NCBI GenBank assembly: GCA_031370005.1
Contig: JANMPT010000110.1
Span: 120,500 to 184,499 of the forward strand
Origin: Bdellovibrionales bacterium
GTDB taxonomy: Bacteria; Bdellovibrionota; Bdellovibrionia; Bdellovibrionales; Bdellovibrionaceae
DNA: 64,000 nt
Direction of reading: 5' to 3'
Translations under genes and position numbers: made by a program
Notes under the pieces: model-generated
The model's database searches: none
Told to the model about the DNA's origin: nothing
What the model saw: the letters and a program-made list of their open reading frames with translations, nothing else
Shown here: piece by piece, positions 48,812-57,889 of the stretch
How positions within the stretch are numbered: the first letter of the stretch is position 1
Layout: each line of letters starts with the position of its first letter

Positions 48812-50172
48812 TGATCCATCGGAATAAGTTGGTTCTTGGCGACAAAGACCTTAAAGATATTACAGAGGATATCTGTGCTCCGATTGAGGCTTACCCATCC
48901 AAGGGTTGGTTGGGCCTTTTAACAGGCGCATTGAGCATCTTTATTTTCTACGTAATCATTCTCGGAATCGTGATCGATAAAGGGATGGGGCTTCTTGGGG
49001 TAAATCATCCCAATGCATGGGGTACGATGATTGTGACCTTCGTGTTTTGGATCGGTATCGGCCATGCCGGCACCTTGATCTCTGCGATCTTATTTCTCTT
49101 CCGTCAAAAGTGGCGAACATCAGTTGCTCGTACTGCTGAGGCGATGACGGTTTTTGCAGTAATGACTGCGGGACTTTTTCCATTGCTTCATACGGGTCGC
49201 CCCTGGTTGGATTATTGGTTGTTTCCCTATCCAAACCAACGTGGTCCGCTTTGGGTAAATTTTCGTTCACCACTTTTATGGGACGTCTTTGCGGTATCAA
49301 CATATGCCACCGTAAGTATGGTGTTCTGGTACATTGGTTTGGTTCCTGATTTTGCAACCATCAAAGATCGTGCAAAGAATAAAATCCGTCGGGCAGTTTA
49401 CGGAGCTCTATCTTTGGGTTGGAGAGGAACTGCAAAAAATTGGAGTCACTATGAGATGCTTTACTTGCTTCTTGCAGGTCTTTCCACGCCGCTAGTTTTA
49501 TCTGTACATACCATCGTATCCTTTGACTTTGCGGTCGCTGGCCTTCCGGGTTGGCATACCACGATTTTCCCACCGTATTTTGTTGCCGGTGCAGTTTTCT
49601 CTGGCTTTGCGATGGTTGTGACTTTGATGAGCTTAGTTCGTATTGGGATTCCAGAGTTCAAAAATTACATCACTTTAGATCATATGGAAGTGATGAATAA
49701 AATTATCATGACCACTGGCTTGATGGTTGGTTATGCCTATGGTTCTGAGTTTTTTATTGCGTGGTACTCAGGAAATCCTTATGAAAAGTATGTATTCTTT
49801 GTGAGCCGCGCTTTTGGACCATACGCTTGGGCTTATTGGACGATGATTACTTGTAATGTTTTAATCCCACAAGTCTTCTGGTTCAAAAAAGCGCGTAGGT
49901 CTATTCCGATCATGTTTGTAGTTTCTATTTTCGTGAATATTGGTATGTGGTTTGAGCGTTTTGTGATCACGATTACGTCACTTTCTCGTGATTTCTTGCC
50001 TGCCAACTGGGGGAATTACCCCTGGACATTCTATGATGGTGCAATCTTGTTTGGCTCCTTTGGAATGTTCTTAACCTTTTTCTTGCTGTATTTGAGATTC
50101 TTTCCGGCAATTTCAATTGCTGAGATCAAGCCTGTATTACCGGTTGGCCGTGAAAGTAAAGGGGTGCACTAA
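48811..50172 (+). CDS. actC: Alternative complex III quinol-binding NrfD/PsrC-type subunit C
   Basis: [34 protein letters not shown] and WFERFVI motifs. Confidence 0.95.
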   Translation: MIHRNKLVLGDKDLKDITEDICAPIEAYPSKGWLGLLTGALSIFIFYVIILGIVIDKGMGLLGVNHPNAWGTMIVTFVFWIGIGHAGTLISAILFLFRQKWRTSVARTAEAMTVFAVMTAGLFPLLHTGRPWLDYWLFPYPNQRGPLWVNFRSPLLWDVFAVSTYATVSMVFWYIGLVPDFATIKDRAKNKIRRAVYGALSLGWRGTAKNWSHYEMLYLLLAGLSTPLVLSVHTIVSFDFAVAGLPGWHTTIFPPYFVAGAVFSGFAMVVTLMSLVRIGIPEFKNYITLDHMEVMNKIIMTTGLMVGYAYGSEFFIAWYSGNPYEKYVFFVSRAFGPYAWAYWTMITCNVLIPQVFWFKKARRSIPIMFVVSIFVNIGMWFERFVITITSLSRDFLPANWGNYPWTFYDGAILFGSFGMFLTFFLLYLRFFPAISIAEIKPVLPVGRESKGVH

Positions 50173-50699
50173 TGGCTAAGCATGGACTTGGTGGAATTGC
50201 TGGTATTTGGTTGGATGAACACGCTGTTGTAAAGGCAGCGGCTAAGACCCGTGAAAGTGGTTTTGTAAAATTTGATGCTATCAGTCCTTATCCTGTGCAT
50301 GGCATGGAAGAGGCTTGTGGCATTAGAAGATCATGGATTCCTTATGTAACTTTTGTTGCCGGAGCGGCTGGTCTTCTTTCGGCGCTTTGGTTAACCTGGT
50401 GGACTTCGGCAGTGAACTGGCCAATCAACGTTGGTGGCAAGCCTTTTTTCTCTTTGCCAGCATTTATTCCTATTATATTTGAGCTTACGATCCTGTTTGC
50501 GGCTTTGTGTTCAGTAGGGGCTTTATTTTATGCAGCGAAGATTCCCCGTGTAGATCCACCAAATATTGATCCAGATTTAACTTCGCATAAATTCGCAATT
50601 TTTATTCCACAAAATGATATTGGCTATGACGAAGCTAAAATTGAGCGTCTTTTCAAAGATATGGGCGCGACTGAAGTGAAGAAATTGGCGGAGTACTAA
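50172..50699 (+). CDS. actD: Alternative complex III subunit D (DUF3341)
   Basis: SPYPVHGM, WPINVGGKP and FELTILFA motifs. Confidence 0.93.
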   Translation: MAKHGLGGIAGIWLDEHAVVKAAAKTRESGFVKFDAISPYPVHGMEEACGIRRSWIPYVTFVAGAAGLLSALWLTWWTSAVNWPINVGGKPFFSLPAFIPIIFELTILFAALCSVGALFYAAKIPRVDPPNIDPDLTSHKFAIFIPQNDIGYDEAKIERLFKDMGATEVKKLAEY

Positions 50700-50700
50700 G

Positions 50701-51261
50701 ATGAAGGTGCAAATTAAAAATATCATTCTTTCAATAGCAGGGACTTTGGCGCTTTCTGGCTGTGGAGCTCAGGCGAATAAACCAAATGTCGAGTTGATCC
50801 AGGATATGATGGTGACTCCGGCAATTAAAGCTCAGTCATATGATGAGGGTTCGCCGAATCATTCTGGAATGAGAGTGCCTCCTGAAAACACAGCCCCAGT
50901 TGGTTTCATTCCGTATAAGTTTAAAGGCAATATAGATGGCGCATCAAAAAATCCAAATCCTCTTGCGGGAAATATGACTCCCGACATCTTGAAAGTTGGA
51001 CAAAAGTATTTTGAAACAAACTGTGCAGTTTGCCATGGGCAGGCGGGTACTGGAAATCCAGATTCAAATGTTGTTAAAAATATGGCGTTGAAACCACCTT
51101 CGATAATGACTGACAAAATTAAGGGCTGGCCAGATGGACATATTTATCATGTCATCACTGAAGGACAAGGGGTGATGGGGCCTTATGCGTCTCACATTCC
51201 ACAGGCTTATCGTTGGCAAGTTGTTAACTATATTCGTTTCTTACAAAAAGAATCTAAGTAG
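50701..51261 (+). CDS. actE: Alternative complex III monoheme lipoprotein subunit E
   Basis: Lipobox LSGC; MRVPPENT; CAVCHG; Met ligand GVMGPY; RWQVVNYIR. Confidence 0.92.
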   Translation: MKVQIKNIILSIAGTLALSGCGAQANKPNVELIQDMMVTPAIKAQSYDEGSPNHSGMRVPPENTAPVGFIPYKFKGNIDGASKNPNPLAGNMTPDILKVGQKYFETNCAVCHGQAGTGNPDSNVVKNMALKPPSIMTDKIKGWPDGHIYHVITEGQGVMGPYASHIPQAYRWQVVNYIRFLQKESK

Positions 51262-51270
51262 GTTGTAGAT

Positions 51271-52473
51271 ATGGCAGTATCAAATCATTCACAGGAATTA
51301 CATGTTGGCAAGTTTGAGGCCTCTCCGAAGCTGAAAACCATGAGTTATGTATTCATTGCAATTGGCCTTATAACTTTTGTGATCGGACTCATGAAGGATC
51401 AAGAGCGAATGTGGGCCGCCTATCTGGTGTCTTTCTTTTTCTTCTCTTGTGTGGGGCTTGGTGGTCTTTTCTGGGCTTCACTTCAAAATATGGTGAAGGC
51501 GGGATGGAGTGTCTCTATCCGTCGTTACGCTGAGGGCTTGACCTCCTTTATCCCGGTGATGCTTGTCGCCAGCCTAGTGTTACTTTTAGGACTTAAGTAT
51601 TTATACCCTTGGGCAGATCATGAAAAAGTAGCGGAAAGTGCGCTTCTTCAAGGTAAAACTGCTTTTCTCAATATAGGCTTTTTGCTTATACGGCTATTGG
51701 TATTTGGCTTAGGTATGCTGGCTTTCCGGCAAATTATTGTTGGCAACTCTTTAAAGCAAGATAAAACTGGAGATGAGGGACTGACACATAAAAATGTTGG
51801 TTACTCCATTGGATTTATTTTGTTTTTTTCCATCACCTTTTCTTTATTTAGCGTTGATATGTTGATGTCACTTTTGCCAACTTGGTACAGCACAATCTTT
51901 GGCATCTATTGCTTTTCGGGACTTTTTCAAGCGGTCTTTGCCGTCCTTATTCCAATTGCAATTTTTATGAGAAGATCAGGCTTTGTGAAAGGTTATGTGA
52001 CTGAAGAACATTTACATGATCTTGCGAAGTTCATGAAGGGCTTCACTGTATTCTGGGCTTATATTGCGTTCTCCCAGTTCATGTTAATCTGGTATGCAAA
52101 TATCCCGGAGGAAACTGAATATTACATTATGCGTGCTCAAAATGGCTGGATGGCCATTTCATTTGCTCTTTTAATTTTCCGTTTCATCGTTCCCTTTTTG
52201 GCATTGTTGCCAAAATCTTTGAAGCGTAATGAGAATCATCTTTTGACGGTTTCTGGTTTGATTTTGGTTATGCAATATTTAGATATTTATTGGATGGTTT
52301 ATCCAAATTTCTTTGATGGGAAAGTTACTTTTGGTTTTGCCGAAATCGGAATGTTCTTGGGTTTTGCAGGTTTGTTCTTGGCAGTATTTTTCCGTTTCTT
52401 GAGTAAAAACAGTATTGTTGCAATCAAAGATCCGAGAATGAATGAAGCCATCAATCATCATGTCACATACTGA
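51271..52473 (+). CDS. actF: Alternative complex III membrane subunit F
   Basis: MSLLPTWYSTIFG, HLHDLAK and FWAYIAFSQFMLIWYANIPEET motifs. Confidence 0.93.
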   Translation: MAVSNHSQELHVGKFEASPKLKTMSYVFIAIGLITFVIGLMKDQERMWAAYLVSFFFFSCVGLGGLFWASLQNMVKAGWSVSIRRYAEGLTSFIPVMLVASLVLLLGLKYLYPWADHEKVAESALLQGKTAFLNIGFLLIRLLVFGLGMLAFRQIIVGNSLKQDKTGDEGLTHKNVGYSIGFILFFSITFSLFSVDMLMSLLPTWYSTIFGIYCFSGLFQAVFAVLIPIAIFMRRSGFVKGYVTEEHLHDLAKFMKGFTVFWAYIAFSQFMLIWYANIPEETEYYIMRAQNGWMAISFALLIFRFIVPFLALLPKSLKRNENHLLTVSGLILVMQYLDIYWMVYPNFFDGKVTFGFAEIGMFLGFAGLFLAVFFRFLSKNSIVAIKDPRMNEAINHHVTY

Positions 52474-52476
52474 AGC

Positions 52477-52510
52477 GAGAGCCCTTGCCCTTTGTCGGGG
52501 TCTCGATTTT
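52477..52510 (+). terminator. Possible terminator after actF
   Basis: CGAGAgCCC...GGGgTCTCG imperfect stem followed by ATTTT. Confidence 0.45.
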
Positions 52511-52591
52511 GCCAGTCTAGCTTATTGATATTTATGCTTGAATACACTCCTGAACTTGCGAGAAAATATTTTTTGATCGATTGTTCAAGGA

Positions 52592-53026
52592 GTGAACATG
52601 AATTTTCAAGGAATAATTTTTTGTTTGATTCTTATGCCTTTTACTGTGAGCGCTAACACCAATACAAATCTTATTTGTAAAGCCAGTAGAAATCACTTTC
52701 ACTATGACTGGAGTGCCGGGTCCCTCACCAGTGGCCAAGAGGGTATCGATCAAAACAATGTCCGCTATGAATTCCGTTCTGCTAAGAAGTCAGCTGGGGG
52801 CAGGGGCGAAAATCTCAAGGTTGGCGAATGTGGTTGGGCTGAGGAAGTTCTTAATGTTTCAAAATCCAAAAAAAATACAAAGTCACAAGTTATTTTCAAA
52901 AGTCTTTCTGATGAAGCAACTCAAGTATTCTATAAAATGAAAACTGGAAAAGTTTTTATAGTTCCAGTCCTTCAAACTAAAAATGGCCTCTTAGCAGCTC
53001 CTGGCGGAGCAGTTTCTATTTACTAG
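52592..53026 (+). CDS. Small secreted hypothetical protein
   Basis: Signal peptide ..TVSA; two Cys in the mature part; AAGGAG suits ATG 52598. Confidence 0.65.
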   Translation: MNMNFQGIIFCLILMPFTVSANTNTNLICKASRNHFHYDWSAGSLTSGQEGIDQNNVRYEFRSAKKSAGGRGENLKVGECGWAEEVLNVSKSKKNTKSQVIFKSLSDEATQVFYKMKTGKVFIVPVLQTKNGLLAAPGGAVSIY

Positions 53027-53615
53027 GATCAAAGATCATGCCTTGAAAGTGGAGCTTCTGATCTGTCCAATGCAGTTTAAAAACTCCGCAATTGGGAATA
53101 GGTAAAAGATCCTGGCGGTCTGGGCACAGGTGGTGACCTAATCGGCGAATCATCAGCCCATGAGTGCAAACCGCCGCATTTTTAAATTCATAGTTCGTTA
53201 ATATATGCCTTAAGTTGTGGGTGAATCTTTGCAAGGATTCCGTATGGGTTTCGCCCCCTGGAAATGCATAGTTCGCATGGGGCTCTAATGAAATCCACTG
53301 AAGCCAAGCCTCTTGGCCATACTTTGCAAGAATCTCGTGCTCAGTTTGGCCTTCAATGTCCCCTAGACGGACTTCGCGTAAGCCTTCCATTTTAAGAATA
53401 TCTTTAGCGCCCGTAGCAATTTGTGCAGTTTGAAAGGCACGATCCAGATCGCTGCTAAAAACTTTTTCTACAGTGTTTTGATTGAAAAAAAATTGCAGAG
53501 CCTGTGCCTGAGATCTGCCGATGTCATTTAAAGGGATATTGGTATGACCCTGCATTTTTTGTTGAACGTTCCAGTCGGTAAGACCATGACGGATAAGGTA
53601 GAGCGTTTTTTTCAT
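53016..53615 (-). CDS. Histidine phosphatase superfamily protein (GpmB/CobC-like)
   Basis: LIRHGLTDWN..QG..PL, SSDLDRAFQTA, PGGET, VCTHG and PNCG motifs. Confidence 0.92.
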   Translation of the reverse strand: MKKTLYLIRHGLTDWNVQQKMQGHTNIPLNDIGRSQAQALQFFFNQNTVEKVFSSDLDRAFQTAQIATGAKDILKMEGLREVRLGDIEGQTEHEILAKYGQEAWLQWISLEPHANYAFPGGETHTESLQRFTHNLRHILTNYEFKNAAVCTHGLMIRRLGHHLCPDRQDLLPIPNCGVFKLHWTDQKLHFQGMIFDPSK

Positions 53616-53630
53616 AAATCATTATTGTTT

Positions 53631-54341
53631 CTAAGTTTGGTTTTGGGTTGGGTCTTCTTGAGTAAAAGCATCCATGGATTTCACGATTTTGACAATTTTG
53701 TCACCAGCTTTGTTGATACTTTCAGCCACTGCCTTGATTTTTAGAGCATCGAGACCCCCCTGTTCTGCCATTTGTATTAACTGAAAGGACCTCGCTTGAA
53801 TAACTGTGAGGGGATTATTAATCTCATGAGCAATTCCACTGAAGGCCTCGTCTAGAACAGCCAAACGGGAGACAGACAAAAGATGATTTTGTTGTTCCTC
53901 AATGAGTTTTTGTTTTAGAATATCTTGAGTGATGTCTTTGGCTATGCCATACACTGAGACTTTGTTTTCATTGGGCCCAGGGTCTTCGAAACTAGCGTAT
54001 ATTTCGATATGGTGAATTTCTCCATTGGGCCAGTTAATCCGATATGAATGGGGTACTATTTCTGCATAATCTTTTTTTTTAAAAGAGCTCATCGCACTTT
54101 TGCAAATAAACAAAAGATCATCTGGGAGAATAATCTGTTGGAGCCATTTCAGAGGGTCGATGGACTCGTCCAGTGGTGCTCCATGCATGCTATGAACCAT
54201 GCCATCCCATTTTAAGTCATGAAGAGAGAAGGGCTCTTTTATCAAAGTGAATTGCCAAGCTCCAATGTGAGCCATCTTAAGGCAGTGACTAATATGCTTG
54301 AAGTTTTTTTGTAGTGTCTGAGGCGCGCTCAGTTTATCCAT
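53631..54341 (-). CDS. PAS plus HisKA (DHp) protein lacking the HATPase domain
   Basis: IGAW..PAS_3-like (YRINWPNGEIHHI..GIAKDIT); H-box IAHEINNPL; stops right after the DHp helices. ATG 54341 preferred because of its promoter. Confidence 0.8.
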   Translation of the reverse strand: MDKLSAPQTLQKNFKHISHCLKMAHIGAWQFTLIKEPFSLHDLKWDGMVHSMHGAPLDESIDPLKWLQQIILPDDLLFICKSAMSSFKKKDYAEIVPHSYRINWPNGEIHHIEIYASFEDPGPNENKVSVYGIAKDITQDILKQKLIEEQQNHLLSVSRLAVLDEAFSGIAHEINNPLTVIQARSFQLIQMAEQGGLDALKIKAVAESINKAGDKIVKIVKSMDAFTQEDPTQNQT

Positions 54342-54346
54342 ATCAC

Positions 54347-54374
54347 ATTTTATGACTAAGAGAACATAAGTCAA
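54347..54374 (-). promoter_or_regulatory. Sigma70-type promoter abutting ATG 54341
   Basis: Minus strand reads TTGACT-N16-TAAAAT, 5 nt before ATG. Confidence 0.55.
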
Positions 54375-54551
54375 AATCCAACTTGAGGATGGTCTTAGAA
54401 AAATTGAATTTCAAGACTTCGCGAAGTTCCATCTTAAAAAGTAAGCAAAGACTCTCAGTGATTCAGGTCAAGTTTAGTATTAAGCAATCTGACGGTTTAA
54501 GCCTGACAAAGTAATTTATTTCATGTAGGGTAAGCGATTGGAGAACTTTTG

Positions 54552-57500
54552 ATGAGCAATATTTGGGCAAAAGCTTACAGGAATACATTTGAACCTATGG
54601 TTCAGAACCGCGGCAGAGCTTATTTTCAGTCAGGGCGCGTTAATCTAGAGTTTCTCGAAGACAATGTGGCAAAATTTAAGGTCCAGGGAACTCATGCCTA
54701 TCATGTCGAAATAAGCCATCACCTTGAGGACCGAAAACTAAGTTGCACTTGCACTTGCGCCTATTTTAGCGTGAATACGCCCTGCAAGCATATTTGGGCG
54801 GCAATTCTTCAAACTGACAAGAATGAGCTTTTTGAGGTCAAGGGCCGTAATAATGACCAGCATAAGGACTCTGAGGCCACTCCAAGTTGGAGACTTGGAA
54901 TTTTAAATGCGCAACAACGCTTGCGATCACAAGTTAAATTCGAAGATATCACCGCTGCTAAAGCCATGGATCAGTCACAGTACTCAGGGGTTTATGCCTT
55001 GGATCTTGAACGCAGTCGTGAACATAAAAGACTTTATTTGCAAATTTTAACTCAAGAGTATCCTCCCAGAATTCCTCCCATTCCGCCTAAAATTAGAGAG
55101 CTTGGGATTTCCTCTATCACTCAGTTTCCGGAGAATGCAGACCAAGAGATTCTTCAAGATCTTTTAGGAAAGACAGAACTTTATGGTGTTTACGATAGTT
55201 TAGATAAAGAGAAACGTTTCAGTACTGTTGTCTTACCAAAAGACCATGCGGTGGCGGTTTTGCGCAAAATTGGAATAAGCGAAAAGTTATTTAGATTTCC
55301 AAGCAAGAAAATGTTTTATTCTAAGAATAGTCCCGTAGAGGTGTCTGCCTATGAATATAAGGATCAATTCTGGGGTTTACAGCTTGAGCTTAAAAAAATT
55401 GATGAAAATTATTATCTATTACCATTTTTGCGTTGTCTTGGAGAAACCAAACCACTGAGAGAGGTGGAATGGGCCTTTGGCGAGTTTATTTTCTTTCAAC
55501 ATTTTATGGCGAAATCCGATGTAGCGAGGCACTCGTTATGGGTAGAGTTCTTCGGAAAAAACAAAGAAGTTGAAATCCTCGATGAGGAGCTCAATGACTT
55601 CCTCGAATATTATTTTCATCAAAGCACCATGCCACTGCTGCGATTGCCGCCGGACTTGGTTTTTACCGAGCTTGAGGACATTCAGCCTATTCCAAGAGTT
55701 TCATTAACGTCATTGAAGCCAGCACAGTTTGGCGTAAACATTGAATTTAGCTATGGTGATCAGAATGCTGCCATTGAAAACCGCAATGAATATATTTACA
55801 ATGTTGAAACGAAACAAAAAATCCGCAGACACACGGAGTTTGAGTCTCAAGTGGTTGGAGAACTCCAGGGCTTTGGCCTTCAGAAGCCTCAAAGGCTGGT
55901 GGAGGAAAGTTTCGATTTTATTCTTAGAGAAACTCACTTCGTGGAAATAGCTGAGAAAATTCTTGCAAGAAAATGGCAACTTTTAGTCGCACAGAAGTCC
56001 GTGGCTTTGGGGAGTATTGACCGTATTGAAGTGCAGACCTCGGGTGTGGATTGGTTTAGTCTTCAGGTGGATTTTCAGTTTGGTGGCCAGAAGTTTGGCC
56101 TTCCACAACTTTTGGGGCAATTGCAGACGGGCTCAAGAATTATTGAGCTTGGGGATGGTCGTACAGGTATTTTGCCAGAAGATTGGCTTCGTAAATTTGG
56201 TCCACTCATTGAAATGGGACAGCTGAAGGACGACAAGCTTCAAATCAATAAGCTCCAGGCCCTATTTGTCAGCGCACAACTTGAGGGTCATGAAAAGTTT
56301 AACTCAGATAAGCGTTTTAGATCTTTGGGAGAGTTGCTATTCGAGTTGCAAAATTTAAAGCCTCAAGAGAGCGCAAAAAAATTCATCGGACAGTTACGAC
56401 CATATCAACAAAAGGGTTTGGCCTGGTTGGATTTAATTTCTAAGCAGGGAATTGGTGGAATTCTTGCAGATGATATGGGTTTAGGTAAGACTATTCAGAT
56501 TATTGCACTTTTCGTAGCCCATCATTCGGTTGCAAAGACAAAAAAACCGCATTTAATTGTTGCGCCAAAGAGCTTAGTCTTTAACTGGATCAAAGAGCTT
56601 GAGAAGTTTGCGCCGCATTTAAAATCTTTAGATTTCACTGGTAAAAATCGTATTGCAAACATCAAAGAATTGAAAAAATATGATGTGATTTTGACAACAT
56701 ACCAGACTCTCCGGATGGATATTGAACGACTGCAAAATCAAGAGTTTGATTTTTTTGTAATGGATGAGGCTCATTATATTAAAAATTCTGAAGCCCAATC
56801 GTCAAAGGCCTGTCGATTGGTGAAGGCCAAGAAAAAATTGGCCCTTACTGGAACCCCAGTGGAAAACTCTTTGATGGATTTGTTCTCAATACTTGAGGTT
56901 GTAAATCCAGGTTTGATTACACGTGAAGTTCGAGCAAGATATAGTCGTGAGAAGGACGTTGCAGCCTTAAGTGATTTAGGAAAAGCTTTGCGACCCTTCA
57001 TTTTACGGCGCACTAAAGATGAAGTACTTAAAGATTTACCTGAGAAGTCAGAGCAAATTCTTTATTGCGAACTCAGTGCAAGTGAGCGAACAAAATATGA
57101 CGAGCTAAAGACGCATTATTGGAATCAATTGAGTGGCTCTATTGAGCAAAAGACTTTTGAGCGTTCCAAGTTTGAGGTTCTAGAAGCTCTTTTGAGACTT
57201 CGTCAGGCAGCTTGTCATCAAGGACTTTTAAATGCAGAGATGCGTGATGAAAGTTCAAGCAAGTTTGATTTACTTTTAGATCAGTTAAGTTTAGTAATTC
57301 AAGATGGGCACAAAGCTTTAATTTTTTCACAGTTTACGAGTTTATTGGCGCTGCTAAGGCCTCAGCTTGAAGCTCGAGGCATCCGATACGAGTATTTAGA
57401 TGGTCAAACTAGAGATCGCCAGGAAAGAGTGGAACGTTTTCAAGAGACCCCGGAGATTTCACTTTTCTTATTGAGTCTTAAGGCCGGAGGTGTGGGTTTG

Positions 57501-57764
57501 AATCTTACTTCTGCGGACTATGTTTTTATCCTGGACCCATGGTGGAACCCGGCGGCTGAGTCCCAAGCCATAGATCGCACACATAGAATTGGGCAAAAGC
57601 AAAAGGTCTTTGCATACAAGATCATTGCAAAGGACACAGTTGAAGAAAAGATTCTTGAGCTTCAGAAAAGTAAAAAGCAATTGGCAAAAGCCATTGTCTC
57701 TGGCGGAGACCAAGGTCTATTGAAGAATATGAGTATTGACGATTTAAAGCTCCTGCTGTGTTAG
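54552..57764 (+). CDS. SWIM zinc-finger SNF2-family helicase/ATPase
   Basis: RGRAY, CTCTC..PCKH SWIM finger; ILADDMGLGKT, DEAH, TGTPVEN, LRRTK, KAGGVGLNLT, DPWWNPA. Confidence 0.95.
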   Translation: MSNIWAKAYRNTFEPMVQNRGRAYFQSGRVNLEFLEDNVAKFKVQGTHAYHVEISHHLEDRKLSCTCTCAYFSVNTPCKHIWAAILQTDKNELFEVKGRNNDQHKDSEATPSWRLGILNAQQRLRSQVKFEDITAAKAMDQSQYSGVYALDLERSREHKRLYLQILTQEYPPRIPPIPPKIRELGISSITQFPENADQEILQDLLGKTELYGVYDSLDKEKRFSTVVLPKDHAVAVLRKIGISEKLFRFPSKKMFYSKNSPVEVSAYEYKDQFWGLQLELKKIDENYYLLPFLRCLGETKPLREVEWAFGEFIFFQHFMAKSDVARHSLWVEFFGKNKEVEILDEELNDFLEYYFHQSTMPLLRLPPDLVFTELEDIQPIPRVSLTSLKPAQFGVNIEFSYGDQNAAIENRNEYIYNVETKQKIRRHTEFESQVVGELQGFGLQKPQRLVEESFDFILRETHFVEIAEKILARKWQLLVAQKSVALGSIDRIEVQTSGVDWFSLQVDFQFGGQKFGLPQLLGQLQTGSRIIELGDGRTGILPEDWLRKFGPLIEMGQLKDDKLQINKLQALFVSAQLEGHEKFNSDKRFRSLGELLFELQNLKPQESAKKFIGQLRPYQQKGLAWLDLISKQGIGGILADDMGLGKTIQIIALFVAHHSVAKTKKPHLIVAPKSLVFNWIKELEKFAPHLKSLDFTGKNRIANIKELKKYDVILTTYQTLRMDIERLQNQEFDFFVMDEAHYIKNSEAQSSKACRLVKAKKKLALTGTPVENSLMDLFSILEVVNPGLITREVRARYSREKDVAALSDLGKALRPFILRRTKDEVLKDLPEKSEQILYCELSASERTKYDELKTHYWNQLSGSIEQKTFERSKFEVLEALLRLRQAACHQGLLNAEMRDESSSKFDLLLDQLSLVIQDGHKALIFSQFTSLLALLRPQLEARGIRYEYLDGQTRDRQERVERFQETPEISLFLLSLKAGGVGLNLTSADYVFILDPWWNPAAESQAIDRTHRIGQKQKVFAYKIIAKDTVEEKILELQKSKKQLAKAIVSGGDQGLLKNMSIDDLKLLLC

Positions 57765-57854
57765 TTAGACCATTGTCTCATTGTCGATCAATAAAAAAGC
57801 ACAGTGAGATTCAACTAGCAGATTTTGAGCTTCCTGTTGTAAATTAGAGTTTCT

Positions 57855-57883
57855 GTGACGGAATGAATTTAGAGATGTAGGTT
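57855..57883 (+). promoter_or_regulatory. Sigma70-type promoter predicting a leaderless metF-metH mRNA
   Basis: GTGACG-N17-TAGGTT, 6 nt before ATG 57890. Confidence 0.5.
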
Positions 57884-57889
57884 TCAGAG

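Noticed and set aside
53616..53640. Frameshift hiding the HATPase domain of the PAS-HisKA gene
   Set aside because: The downstream sequence is an intact histidine phosphatase gene starting 15 nt later; no N, G1 or G2 boxes were seen.
54552..57764. SNF2 helicase as part of an anti-phage system
   Set aside because: It is a standalone SWIM-SNF2 protein with no neighbouring methylase, nuclease or other defence genes.
3046..57780. Recurrent TAGAC/GTCTA-type words in spacers (e.g. 3046, 9262, 9855, 15942, 16001, 20015, 20073, 34378, 52515, 57765) as a regulator site
   Set aside because: The word is short, several copies are explained by -10 boxes, stop codons or hairpins, and enrichment looks marginal by eye. 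A genome-wide intergenic k-mer test would be needed.
57765..57889. SAM or cobalamin riboswitch upstream of metF-metH
   Set aside because: No SAM-I core (ATCxAGAG..GCAACC) or B12 box is present, and the promoter appears to abut the start codon.
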